From Candidatus Iainarchaeum sp. (GTDB lineage Archaea; Iainarchaeota; Iainarchaeia; Iainarchaeales; GCA-2688035), in assembly GCA_016932355.1 (NCBI GenBank), contig JAFGDB010000062.1, positions 1-40,241 of the forward strand: a stretch of DNA of 40,241 bases. The letters run 5' to 3'. Positions 8,374-17,462 of this stretch are shown piece by piece. The position numbers were made by a program, and so were the translations under genes. The notes beneath the pieces are model-generated. The model had not been told where the DNA came from. It made no database searches and worked only from the letters and a program-made list of their open reading frames with translations. Each line of letters opens with the position of its first letter. Position 1 is the stretch's first letter.

Positions 8374-10152
8374 CTACTGCAATGGCTTCTCAATGTCAAG
8401 CTTCAAGGAGAGCTCTTTGAGCTGCCTTTCGCTCACTTCATTTGGGGCATCGTCCATTAGGGAAACTGCTGCCTTGTTTTTAGGGAAGGCAATCACTTCC
8501 CTGATGCTATCGCAGCCAGCCATTATGGCAATTATCCTGTCCAAGCCTAGGGCTATTCCGCCGTGCGGCGGCGCTCCAAACTTGAATGCGCTAAGCAAGA
8601 AGCCGAATTTTGCCTCTGCCTCCTGCCTGGAAATGCCCAATGCGTTAAACATTTTCTCCTGAATCTCGCCCCTGTGGATTCTGATGCTGCCCCCCCCTAT
8701 TTCCGAACCGTTCAAAACCAGGTCATAGGCCTTGGCCTTTGCCTTCTCTGGCTGTGAATCAAGCAGGGGAATGTCCTCATCTCTGGGTGAGGTGAAAGGA
8801 TGGTGCATTGCCTGAAACCTTTGCTCTTCATCATTCCACTCCAAGAGGGGAAAGTCCAAAACCCAGAGGAAGCTGAACTTCTTCCTGTCAATGAGGCCAA
8901 GCTTCTCGCCCAAAGCAAGCCTTACATACCCCAAGGAATTGCATGCAGTAAGCCATGAATCTGCAACAAGCAGGACAAGGTCACTGTCCTTTGCCTTCAC
9001 TTTGGAAAGCAATGCGTTCACTGTTTTCTCCGGGAGGAATTTGGCAATCTGGCTTTCAATTTCTTTGCCTTTGACCCAGATGCTCATTAAGCCTTTTGCC
9101 TTGTAGAGCTTGGCAACCTCTGTTAATTTGTCAACATCTTTTTTGTTTAGGGTTTTGCATCCCTTGTCAATTTTCAGGGCTTTAATCACGCCCTTGTTTT
9201 CAATTACCTTGTTGAAAATTTCAAAGTCTGTTCCGCTTAATTCCTTTGTTACATCAACCAAGTGCAGTTCAAACCTGTTGTCCGGCTTGTCACTTCCATA
9301 AATGTTCATTGCCTCATCAAATGAAAGCCTTGGGAAAGGCGCTTTTACTTTAATGCCAAGGGCCTGCTTGAAAACAAACTGCATTGCCCTTTCCATTATC
9401 CCAATTATGTCATCCCTGCCAACAAAGGACATTTCAACATCCACTTGCGTAAACTCAAGCTGCCTGTCAGCCCTCAAATCCTCATCCCTAAAACAGCGCA
9501 CAATCTGGACATAGCGGTCAAAGCCTGAAACCATGAGAATTTGTTTAAACAGCTGGGGGCTTTGCGGTAAAGCATAGAACTTTCCAGGGTGGACCCTGCT
9601 TGGAACTAAGAAATCGCGGGCTCCCTCTGGGGTGCTTTTTGCAAGGAACGGGGTTTCAATCTCCAGAAAATGTTCTTTGTCAAAGAAGTCGCGGAATGCC
9701 TTTACAACCTTGTGGCGAAGAATCAGGTTTTGCTGCAGTTCTGCCCTTCTTAAATCAAGAAACCGGTATTTGAGCCTTTGGTCCTCTCCAGCAAGCAAGT
9801 GCTCGTCAATTTCTATAGGCAGGGGCGTTTCCGCTGGATTCAGGATTTCAAGACTGGTTGCATTTAATTCAATCTTGCCTGTCTTGATTGCCTTGTTCTC
9901 TGTGCCCTTTGGCCTTTTTCCAACCTTGCCCTCAACCTGCACAACGAATTCCTTGCCCAGCTTTGATGCCTCCTTGTGGGCTTCTTTGGAATCCTTTGGG
10001 TTGAATACAACCTGTGTTACGCCATACCTGTCGCGCAGGTCAATGAAAATCAGGTTGCCGTGGTCACGCCTTTTTGAAACCCAGCCCTGCAGGACTGCCT
10101 TTTTCCCCCTGCTTTTTTCAGTCAGTTCACCGCAGGTGTGTGTTCTCTTCAT
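8374..10152 (-). CDS. aspS: aspartate-tRNA ligase, bacterial-type long form with GAD insertion
   Basis: 592 aa. The N-terminus RTHTCGELT..GWVSKRRDHGNLIFIDLRDRYG, plus FRDEDLRADRQ, GGGSIRIH and GLDR, are class IIb motifs. The length fits the bacterial form rather than the roughly 430-aa archaeal form. Confidence 0.9.
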   Translation of the reverse strand: MKRTHTCGELTEKSRGKKAVLQGWVSKRRDHGNLIFIDLRDRYGVTQVVFNPKDSKEAHKEASKLGKEFVVQVEGKVGKRPKGTENKAIKTGKIELNATSLEILNPAETPLPIEIDEHLLAGEDQRLKYRFLDLRRAELQQNLILRHKVVKAFRDFFDKEHFLEIETPFLAKSTPEGARDFLVPSRVHPGKFYALPQSPQLFKQILMVSGFDRYVQIVRCFRDEDLRADRQLEFTQVDVEMSFVGRDDIIGIMERAMQFVFKQALGIKVKAPFPRLSFDEAMNIYGSDKPDNRFELHLVDVTKELSGTDFEIFNKVIENKGVIKALKIDKGCKTLNKKDVDKLTEVAKLYKAKGLMSIWVKGKEIESQIAKFLPEKTVNALLSKVKAKDSDLVLLVADSWLTACNSLGYVRLALGEKLGLIDRKKFSFLWVLDFPLLEWNDEEQRFQAMHHPFTSPRDEDIPLLDSQPEKAKAKAYDLVLNGSEIGGGSIRIHRGEIQEKMFNALGISRQEAEAKFGFLLSAFKFGAPPHGGIALGLDRIIAIMAGCDSIREVIAFPKNKAAVSLMDDAPNEVSERQLKELSLKLDIEKPLQ

Positions 10153-10196
10153 AAAAGCACCAGGATAAAAAAAATTGCCTGAAAACGGTTAAAAAG

Positions 10197-10931
10197 CTAA
10201 GTGTTGGGGAAAGGGCAGCTGGCTTTCAGAAAACAGTGTGCGCAATTCGGCTTTTTCCTGCAAAACCTTTTTCCATGCTCAACCAGGAGCGCGTGGAATT
10301 CATTAAATAGCTGCGTGTTTTGGGGCAATTGAGATTCAAAAAAAGACTTGGCTTCTACATAACTTAGTTTGCCCTTTCCAAAAAACCGCCCAAGAAAGCG
10401 CGTTGTGTACACATCCACAACAAAGCTCGGCTTCTCTGCTGCATAGAGGATGATGTCGTCTGCTGTTTCATTTCCAATCCCGTGCAGTGAAAGCAGCTCT
10501 GCGCGAAGCTCTGGAATTGGCTTTTTGAATAATTTTTTTACCGAACAGGAATAATTCTTTTTCAGGTATTGGGAAAAGAAAACCAGCTTTTTTGCCTTCT
10601 GGTTGAAGTAGCCGGATGGCTTTACCAGTTGGGCAATTTCTTCTTGGGGGGAACCTGCAATTTTGGGGCAGGAGAGCATTCCAGCCCTGCTCAGGTTTCC
10701 AAGGGCCTTCATTACATTTTTCCAGTCAGTGTTCTGCGTGAGGATTGCACCAATGCAGATTTCAAAGCGCTGGCTTTCAGAGAGGCGTTTGCGCTCCCTG
10801 TAAGTTGGTGCAAATTCCCCTTTCTCTGTTACAGGCCACCATAACTGTGGCCCAAATTCCAAGAGTAGTTTTTTGTATATTTGAATTGGCTTCATCCAAA
10901 GAGAATTGGGTTGGAAATTGTTTTTAAGCAA
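10197..10931 (-). CDS. endonuclease III-related HhH-GPD DNA glycosylase-like protein with a 4Fe-4S motif
   Basis: LHGIGNETADDIILYA...VVDVYTTRF forms an HhH-GPD signature. The C-terminus has CRKKPNCAHCFLKASC (C-X6-C-X2-C-X5-C). Confidence 0.75.
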   Translation of the reverse strand: MLKNNFQPNSLWMKPIQIYKKLLLEFGPQLWWPVTEKGEFAPTYRERKRLSESQRFEICIGAILTQNTDWKNVMKALGNLSRAGMLSCPKIAGSPQEEIAQLVKPSGYFNQKAKKLVFFSQYLKKNYSCSVKKLFKKPIPELRAELLSLHGIGNETADDIILYAAEKPSFVVDVYTTRFLGRFFGKGKLSYVEAKSFFESQLPQNTQLFNEFHALLVEHGKRFCRKKPNCAHCFLKASCPFPNT

Positions 10932-11904
10932 ACTCTGTCAGGGTTTTCTGCTCGTGCATTCCAAGCGGCTTTGCAACAATGCCAAGCCTCCTCTGGATGT
11001 AGGATGCAAGCTCCCTTTCGCTGCCGTGCATTGTAAGAACAAGCTTTGGCTCCGCCTGCTTCACATACTGCATTAGCTGGTTGAAGTCAGCATGGTCACT
11101 CAATGGGAAAAGCCTGTCATATCCCCTGCGGAAAGCCCAGCCTGTTGCAAGCGCAGAGCTCACCTTCTTCTTCAGGCTCAGCTCAAGGAATTGGAGGAGA
11201 TGGTTGTTTAACAAGCTTGGCGGCATTATAAGAACTGAACTCTCACCCAGGTTGTGGTTGAGCTCAATGTACTTTCCAAGGCTTACGCCATGCTGCCTGT
11301 AAACCTCGTTGTTCTTGAAAATGCTTTCGTGCACCAATGGCGAAATGCCCGCATACTTGTTTGAAATTGCTGTGAGCTCCTGGGCCTTTCCCAAAGAATA
11401 GCCTGCCAAAACAACAAAGCCCTTTTCAGCCTGGCTTTTAATCCAGCTGCCGATTTCACTGTAAAGCTGCTCCCTTTCAGGGAAGCTGAAGCAGGGCAGC
11501 CCAAAAGTGCTTTCAATCACAAGGATGTCGCAGGGAAGGGCATCTGCGCCCTTCTGGATGAGGGAATCCTGCATTTTGAAGTCAGATGTGACAGCAACCC
11601 TCTGGTTGCCCTCAACCAGGACCTGGGCTGACCCCAGAATGTGCCCTGAATTGTGAAGGCTTACTGTTGCATTCCCCAGTGAAAGCTTTTCCCTGAAGCG
11701 CAGTTCAGTGCAGTCATTTATTTTCCCAAACCTGCTTTCAACAATTGCCCTTGTCTTTGGTGTGCAGATATAGCTGCTGCCCCCGTTCAGGGAAACATGG
11801 TCTGCATGGCCGTGCGTTAATATGTTTGGCCTTTCCAGGGAAGCCCTGCCTGGGTCAACTGCAATATTTCCAATGAACAGACCCTTGTCTGAGTAGATTT
11901 GCAT
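10924..11904 (-). CDS. MBL-fold/beta-CASP-like nuclease, short form
   Basis: 326 aa. THGHADH, a mid-protein ESTFG and a C-terminal LSDHADF...TMHGS match the short beta-CASP nuclease layout. It overlaps the downstream glycosylase-like gene by 8 nt. Confidence 0.65.
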   Translation of the reverse strand: MQIYSDKGLFIGNIAVDPGRASLERPNILTHGHADHVSLNGGSSYICTPKTRAIVESRFGKINDCTELRFREKLSLGNATVSLHNSGHILGSAQVLVEGNQRVAVTSDFKMQDSLIQKGADALPCDILVIESTFGLPCFSFPEREQLYSEIGSWIKSQAEKGFVVLAGYSLGKAQELTAISNKYAGISPLVHESIFKNNEVYRQHGVSLGKYIELNHNLGESSVLIMPPSLLNNHLLQFLELSLKKKVSSALATGWAFRRGYDRLFPLSDHADFNQLMQYVKQAEPKLVLTMHGSERELASYIQRRLGIVAKPLGMHEQKTLTEFA

Positions 11905-11991
11905 GCTCTAATAATAGGGCGTTTGGAAATAAAAACCTTGGCTGCAAAAAGAAAGAATTAAAACCAGGTTTGACATAATTATACTGTTTTT

Positions 11992-13107
11992 ATGGCCGGC
12001 AGGGAAACAGTCATTGTTGAGATTGGGGAAAGGATTAAAGAGGCGCAGCAGAACATTTCAGACAGGCCTTGGAAAGCTGCGAGCAGGCCTGCCTTTTTGG
12101 CTGCCCTGGAGAAAAGTGTTTCTGATCTGGCTGAACTGCACAGCCTCTTCAGCAGGATTGTTGGGGAAATGGACAAAAACCCTGAACCAGGAAAGCCAGA
12201 GGTAAAGCCCTTTTTGGAAGAGCTTGAAAAGCTCCTCAAGCTATTGAAAAGGAACCTGGAAATGGAGAAAGGGAAGAGAAGCACTGCAAAAACAGCGAAC
12301 GAGCTTGACAAGGAGGAAACACCTGAGCTTTACGCAGACTTGCAGCACAAGATACTTGCTTCACTGCTCAAGGCAAGGTACGCGCTTGAAAAGACAACGA
12401 TTTTCCTCAGGAGGCAAGGCTTTGAGCCAATAACTGACAAGAGCACTGCAAAGCAGGTGATGGAGGTGCTCAGCAGGAAGGAGGAGGAGCTCCAGGAGCT
12501 CAGGGAGAAATATGAGAACATCAGGAAAAGGAGCTACCTTGGCTATTTTGAGGAGGGCACTGTTGCAGATTTGGAGCAGGAGCTCGGCGACCTTGCCAAA
12601 AGAATGGCCCTGTCAGCAAATGAGCTTGGCAAAAGCATTTCATTCCACAGGAGCCAGATTGAGTACATTGAAAACAGCTATGCTGAATTGAAGCAGAAGC
12701 TTGACAGCCTTGAGGAGCTTTTTTCGCAGTACAGCGAAAAGTCAGAGGAGCTGATTAAATCCCTCAAAAAGGAGAGGGATTACGCAAAAAAGATTGTCCT
12801 TGATGTGGAGCATGAAACCCTGCAGCTCAGGAACACTTACACAAGGGAAATGCTCAATTTGCAGGAAACAAAGCTTGCTGTAAAGAGGGAAGCCGAAAGG
12901 AAGTTCTCAGAGGAAATAAAAAAACTCGCAAGGCAGCTTTCAGAGCAGCAGGACCTTGCAAGGCATTTCAGGAAGGTTGCAGAGGACAAGCTGAAAAAGG
13001 AGCACGAGCTTGAGGAAAAGGTAAAGCAGCTAACCCTGCTGTGCAAAACCAAGGAAAAGCACGAGGCAGTGAAAAGGCACTACAAAAAGGGGAAAAAGAA
13101 GAAGTGA
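11992..13107 (+). CDS. hypothetical K/E-rich coiled-coil protein
   Basis: 371-aa ORF with heptad-like charged composition throughout and a basic KKGKKKK tail. Confidence 0.5.
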   Translation: MAGRETVIVEIGERIKEAQQNISDRPWKAASRPAFLAALEKSVSDLAELHSLFSRIVGEMDKNPEPGKPEVKPFLEELEKLLKLLKRNLEMEKGKRSTAKTANELDKEETPELYADLQHKILASLLKARYALEKTTIFLRRQGFEPITDKSTAKQVMEVLSRKEEELQELREKYENIRKRSYLGYFEEGTVADLEQELGDLAKRMALSANELGKSISFHRSQIEYIENSYAELKQKLDSLEELFSQYSEKSEELIKSLKKERDYAKKIVLDVEHETLQLRNTYTREMLNLQETKLAVKREAERKFSEEIKKLARQLSEQQDLARHFRKVAEDKLKKEHELEEKVKQLTLLCKTKEKHEAVKRHYKKGKKKK

Positions 13108-13108
13108 A

Positions 13109-14395
13109 TCAGGATTCCCTCTCGCTCTTAATCAGTTCATCCAAGCTCTGCCTTTCCCTTATCAGGTAGCTTCTTCCGTCAAGCAAAAGCACGCATGCAG
13201 GCAGCAGCCTTGAGTTGTAGTTTGAGGCCATTGCAAAGCCATAGGCGCCTGCATTCAGGATTGCAAGAATGCCGCCTTCATTTGGAGTTGGCAGCTCCCT
13301 CAGGGCTTCCCTGCTCTCGTTGAATACATCACTGCTCTCGCATAAATTGCCTGCAACCATGTACTGCTTCTTCTGCCTTCCGTTCACATTGCTGCAGACA
13401 ACAATTTCATGGTAGCTTCCGTAAAAGGCAGGCCTTACCAAGTCATTGAAGCCTGCGTTCACGCCAATAACCGGAATGTTCTTTTCCTCAACTGTGTTTA
13501 TTTCACAAAGGAAAATGCCAGCATCCCCAACAATGAAGCGGCCTGGCTCAATTGCAATCTCTGCCTTCAGGCCTGAGGAATTCATCTTTTCAACAATGCC
13601 CTTTGCGTATTTTTTAAGGGGAAAACCAGCCTGCTCCATCCTGTACCTTATTCCTGGCCCGCCGCCGAAATCAACAAACTTCAATTTCTTGCCTGTGAGC
13701 TCTTCAGCCTTCACTGCTATTGCAATCGTCTTTCCAACTGTTTCAAGGAATGCGTCAACATCCTTGCCAAGCCAGCCGCTGCCAATATGCTGGTGCAACC
13801 CAACAAGGTTAAAGCCAAAGGCTTTTGCCTGCAGAAAGGCTGATTCAATTTTATGCTCTGGAATTCCAAACTTGATGAACTTTCCTGCAGTGATTGTGTG
13901 TGAATGCAGGCCTGCGCCAATGCCTGGATTCCACCTTATGCTTATGTCTCCCTTAAAGCCAAGGTCGCGCAGCCTCTGCATCTGGGAGAAGCTGTCAATG
14001 TTTATTGTAATGCCAAGCTTGGCCAGGGCTTTCAATTCAGGAGTGCTTACGCTCGTGCCTGTGAAAAGGATTTTTTCCCTTGGAAAGCCTGCCTTGAGCG
14101 CAATCTGCACCTCTGCTGGCGAGACAGCATCAATGAAAGCGCCTTCCCTCTCCAAAAGCTTGAGTATTGCAATGTGCGAATTTGCCTTCATTGCAAAGTG
14201 AATCCTTGGCCTTGCCTTGAACTCGGAAAATGCTTCCTTTACTGCCCTGAAGTTTTCAATAACCCTGTTTCCATTGTAAACGTAGAGTGGAGTGCCGTAC
14301 TGCTTTGCAAATGCTTCAGCGCTAAAGCCTGCAATGTAAAGCTGGTTTTGCCTCACTTCCAAATGCCCGTCTTGCTCCCACCACATAAAAATCAC
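13109..14395 (-). CDS. lysA: diaminopimelate decarboxylase
   Basis: Fold-III PLP decarboxylase motifs are present: FAMKAN, HQHIGS, GGGPGI, EPGR and CESSD. It lies next to dapF. Confidence 0.85.
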   Translation of the reverse strand: MIFMWWEQDGHLEVRQNQLYIAGFSAEAFAKQYGTPLYVYNGNRVIENFRAVKEAFSEFKARPRIHFAMKANSHIAILKLLEREGAFIDAVSPAEVQIALKAGFPREKILFTGTSVSTPELKALAKLGITINIDSFSQMQRLRDLGFKGDISIRWNPGIGAGLHSHTITAGKFIKFGIPEHKIESAFLQAKAFGFNLVGLHQHIGSGWLGKDVDAFLETVGKTIAIAVKAEELTGKKLKFVDFGGGPGIRYRMEQAGFPLKKYAKGIVEKMNSSGLKAEIAIEPGRFIVGDAGIFLCEINTVEEKNIPVIGVNAGFNDLVRPAFYGSYHEIVVCSNVNGRQKKQYMVAGNLCESSDVFNESREALRELPTPNEGGILAILNAGAYGFAMASNYNSRLLPACVLLLDGRSYLIRERQSLDELIKSERES

Positions 14396-14426
14396 TGCCC
14401 GCAGAGCTGATTCATGTTAAAACCAA

Positions 14427-15248
14427 TTACCAGTCCAAGCTCCCTGTAAAAACCTTCTTGGCAGGGCCTTTTAAAAAGAGCCCCTTCCCAGCCTTTATCT
14501 CAACTGTTCCGCCAAGCATTTCAACCTTCACCCAGCCACTGCCTGAAAGCAGGCCTGTTTCAATCCCTGCAATCACAGAGGCAATTGCCCCAGAGCCGCA
14601 GGCCATTGTCTCGCAGGCCCCCCTTTCATGCACACGCATCTTAATGCTTTTTGGCGAAATTACATTGACAAACTCGGTGTTTGTCCTCTCAGGCTGAAAT
14701 GCCCTGTTCCACTCAAACTTGTGGCCGATTTCCTCAACGGGAAAGTCCTTGACAGGCTCCTTGAGGAAAACAACAGCGTGCGGGTTGCCCAAATCAACGC
14801 TGTAGTACTCAAAGCTTTTCTTTCCAAGGTTCAGGTAGAATTTCCCCCTGAACTGCCTTCCCCCAAGCAATTCCAGTTCAACATCTGCAGAATAGCCCTT
14901 TTGCCTGACAATTTTTGCATTGACAAGGCCAGCGCCTGTTTCAACCTTGAATTCCTTTTTCTTGCCCCCGTTCAAGAGGAAAGCTTCAAAGGCAGCGCAC
15001 CTCAGGCCGTTAACGCAGGTTTCAGCTTCAGAGCCGTCAGAGTTGAAGATGCGCATCCTGAAATCGTTTTGGCTTTTGTCAGGCCTGCAAAGGAAAAGCA
15101 AGCCGTCTGCTCCCACGGAAAAATTCCTCTTGCAGTTCTTTGAGGCAAAGTACTGCCTGTCCTTCTCCTCAATAACCTGCTTCTGGAGCTCATCCACCAC
15201 AATGAAATCGTTTCCCAGGCCATGTAGCTTGCTGAAAGGCACAATCAT
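14427..15248 (-). CDS. dapF: diaminopimelate epimerase
   Basis: FSKLHGLGNDFIVVD, NSDGSEAETCVNGLRC and ERGACETMACGSGA supply both catalytic Cys motifs. The ATG at 15248 is preceded by AGGTGG, and I prefer it to the track start at 15308. Confidence 0.9.
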   Translation of the reverse strand: MIVPFSKLHGLGNDFIVVDELQKQVIEEKDRQYFASKNCKRNFSVGADGLLFLCRPDKSQNDFRMRIFNSDGSEAETCVNGLRCAAFEAFLLNGGKKKEFKVETGAGLVNAKIVRQKGYSADVELELLGGRQFRGKFYLNLGKKSFEYYSVDLGNPHAVVFLKEPVKDFPVEEIGHKFEWNRAFQPERTNTEFVNVISPKSIKMRVHERGACETMACGSGAIASVIAGIETGLLSGSGWVKVEMLGGTVEIKAGKGLFLKGPAKKVFTGSLDW

Positions 15249-15350
15249 AAAACCACCTGCACTGCAAAATTGGCAATCATCACAACAGCCCCTTATCTTG
15301 CACAGCAATCATTCCAAAACACTTTGAATCTTGACCAGGTTGGACAGCAA

Positions 15351-16544
15351 TCATTCCAGCAGCCTCTCTGCAGCCTCTTTGGTTTTTTCAACGCTCTGCA
15401 CCATTGCAAACCTAACAAATTTGTCACCCGGGTTTTTTCCCTCAAATGTGTGGGAAATCAGTCTGCCTGGAACAGTGTTTATGCCCTTTTGGAGAAGCAA
15501 TTGCTTGCTGAACTCCAGCGGGGTATTTCCATCTGGAACCTGCGCCCAGAGGTAGAAGGTGCCAGCAGGCTTTTCAACAGCGCAGCCCGCATGCCCCAGG
15601 GCAGGGAGCAAAGCGTCAATCCTTGCGCTGTACTCTGCCCTCATTTGCTCAGGGTGCCTTTCATCATTCCATGCAGCAACGGCTGCATCCTGTATAAATG
15701 TTGCAACCCCCTGCACGCTTTTCCTTGAAACAGAATCAAAGGGCTTTAAAAGCTCGGGGTTCTTGCTTGCTGCAAAGCCAACAGCATAGCCTGTCATCAT
15801 GCTCCTCTTTGAAAGGCTGTTAAGCACAATGCTGCACTGGCCTGCGTTTGGAATTTCAAGAATGCTCAATGGCCTTTCACCAAAGAAAAGCTCGTTGTAG
15901 CACTCATCTGAAACAAGGATTATGCCGTTGTCGTTGCAGAAGTCAACGGCTTCCTTGAGCTTCTCCCTGGCATACATCTGCCCTGTGGGGCTGTGCGGAT
16001 TATTCAGGAACAGGATTTTGACCTTTTCGGCTGTTTCCCTGCCAATTAAGTCAAACCTCGGCAGGAAGTTGTTCTCAGGCAGCAGGTTCATGTAGTGCGG
16101 CACTGCGCCTGCAAGAATTGTTCCGTCGGTGTAAGGCGGATACCCTGGATTTGGGATAAGGGCAATTTCGCCCTTGCCGGGGTTTAGGTAATAGAGCGGA
16201 ACATGGAAGCAGGCATACTTTGCGCCATAGGTTGCAACCACACCATCCCTTTCCAAAGAAACATTTGACCTGGTTTTCATCCAACTGCACACAGCTTCCT
16301 TAAAGCCGTCAGAGCCTGTTGATTCAGGATAGCCGCTTGTTTTCCTTCCATCAACGGCCTTTTTGCACTGCTCCCTGACCAAGGCAGGGGTTTCATCGCT
16401 TGGGTCGCCAATGCCAAAGTCAATTATGAATTCCCTGCCGTGCTTTGCAATTGCCTTCTCCTTTGCTGCGTCAACTGCGTCAAAGGGGTAGGGCTTGCCC
16501 AGTATTCTGGCAAGGCCGCTGTTTATCGGGACTTTGAAAGCCAT
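15351..16544 (-). CDS. dapL: class I PLP aminotransferase, probably LL-diaminopimelate aminotransferase by context
   Basis: About 397 aa with aminotransferase motifs (NPGYPPY, NNPHSPTG, SLSKRSMMTGY). It sits between dapF and dapB. The specific substrate is inferred from gene neighbourhood only. Confidence 0.6.
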   Translation of the reverse strand: MAFKVPINSGLARILGKPYPFDAVDAAKEKAIAKHGREFIIDFGIGDPSDETPALVREQCKKAVDGRKTSGYPESTGSDGFKEAVCSWMKTRSNVSLERDGVVATYGAKYACFHVPLYYLNPGKGEIALIPNPGYPPYTDGTILAGAVPHYMNLLPENNFLPRFDLIGRETAEKVKILFLNNPHSPTGQMYAREKLKEAVDFCNDNGIILVSDECYNELFFGERPLSILEIPNAGQCSIVLNSLSKRSMMTGYAVGFAASKNPELLKPFDSVSRKSVQGVATFIQDAAVAAWNDERHPEQMRAEYSARIDALLPALGHAGCAVEKPAGTFYLWAQVPDGNTPLEFSKQLLLQKGINTVPGRLISHTFEGKNPGDKFVRFAMVQSVEKTKEAAERLLE

Positions 16545-16628
16545 TTTAACCACTTGCAATGAAAAAACCCTGTGAGGGAAAATTTAAATAACAAACAGGG
16601 CCTAAACGAATTTCGGTCAAATCGGTTA

Positions 16629-16638
16629 TTTATATATA
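16629..16638 (+). promoter_or_regulatory. TATA box candidate (tttatatata) for dapB-dapA
   Basis: This AT-rich TATA-like element ends 44 nt upstream of the dapB ATG at 16682. It lies in a divergent intergenic region that also carries aaatttaaata (about 16582-16592) facing dapL. Confidence 0.4.
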
Positions 16639-16681
16639 ACTTTTCGTATGGGTTATTTCTATGGCTTTTTAGTGGTTGAAA

Positions 16682-17428
16682 ATGAGAATTGCATTAATTG
16701 GATATGGGAACATGGGGAAGGAAATTGCAGCCCTTGCAGGAGAGCAGGGCATTGAGATAGCTGCAATTATTGACGCAGAGGCAGCCGGTGCAACAGGCAG
16801 GGAAATTTCAAAGGAGGCCCTGGCAAATGCAGATGTCTGCATTGAGTTCAGCAACCCTGGTTCAGCAGTTGAAAACATTAAGGGCATGGCTGCTTTGCAC
16901 AAAAATATCGTGGTTGGAACCACCGGCTGGTACAGCAAGCTTGATGAAGTGAAAAAGGCTGTTGAAAGAGAGGGCATTGGCCTGGTTTATGCAAGCAACT
17001 TTTCTCTCGGGGTCAATGCTTTTTTCAGGATTGTTGAAAGGGCAGCAGAGGTAATGGACAAGCTGCCTGAATACGATGTTTCCGGCCTTGAAATTCACCA
17101 CAAGGGCAAGAAAGACAGCCCGAGCGGGACAGCCAGGGCAATTGAAAAAATTCTCCTGGAGAGGATTGCAAGGAAAAAAAGGGCGGTTGAGGGAAAGCTT
17201 GACAGGAAAATTGAAGGGGATGAGCTGCACTTTGCATCACTTAGAACAGGCAACGTGCCCGGAACCCACTCCGTGCTTTTTGACAGCATCGCTGACTCCA
17301 TTGAACTGACGCACACTGCAAGGAACAGGCAGGGCTTTGCATTGGGAGCGCTGCAGGCAGCAAAATGGGTAAAGGGCAAAAAAGGCTTTTATTCAATAGA
17401 TGACATGATGAAGGAGCTCTTTGAATGA
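16682..17428 (+). CDS. dapB: 4-hydroxy-tetrahydrodipicolinate reductase
   Basis: MRIALIGYGNMG forms a Rossmann N-terminus. EIHHKGKKDSPSGTA matches the DapB signature E-x-HH-x-x-K-x-D-x-PSGTA. Confidence 0.85.
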   Translation: MRIALIGYGNMGKEIAALAGEQGIEIAAIIDAEAAGATGREISKEALANADVCIEFSNPGSAVENIKGMAALHKNIVVGTTGWYSKLDEVKKAVEREGIGLVYASNFSLGVNAFFRIVERAAEVMDKLPEYDVSGLEIHHKGKKDSPSGTARAIEKILLERIARKKRAVEGKLDRKIEGDELHFASLRTGNVPGTHSVLFDSIADSIELTHTARNRQGFALGALQAAKWVKGKKGFYSIDDMMKELFE

Positions 17429-17462
17429 GAAAATCAAGCAGGGGTTTGAGGGGGAATTCTAA

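Noticed and set aside
9632-10168. 178-aa ORF antisense to aspS, plus several shorter ones between 8393 and 9514
   Set aside because: These are shadow frames of a strongly supported aaRS gene, and their Ser/Leu-rich composition is not protein-like.
13446-14201. 251-aa ORF on the plus strand inside lysA
   Set aside because: It is fully antisense to a well-supported lysA reading frame. Its composition is low-complexity (Ser/Pro/Ala-rich), as is typical of shadow ORFs, and it has no start context.
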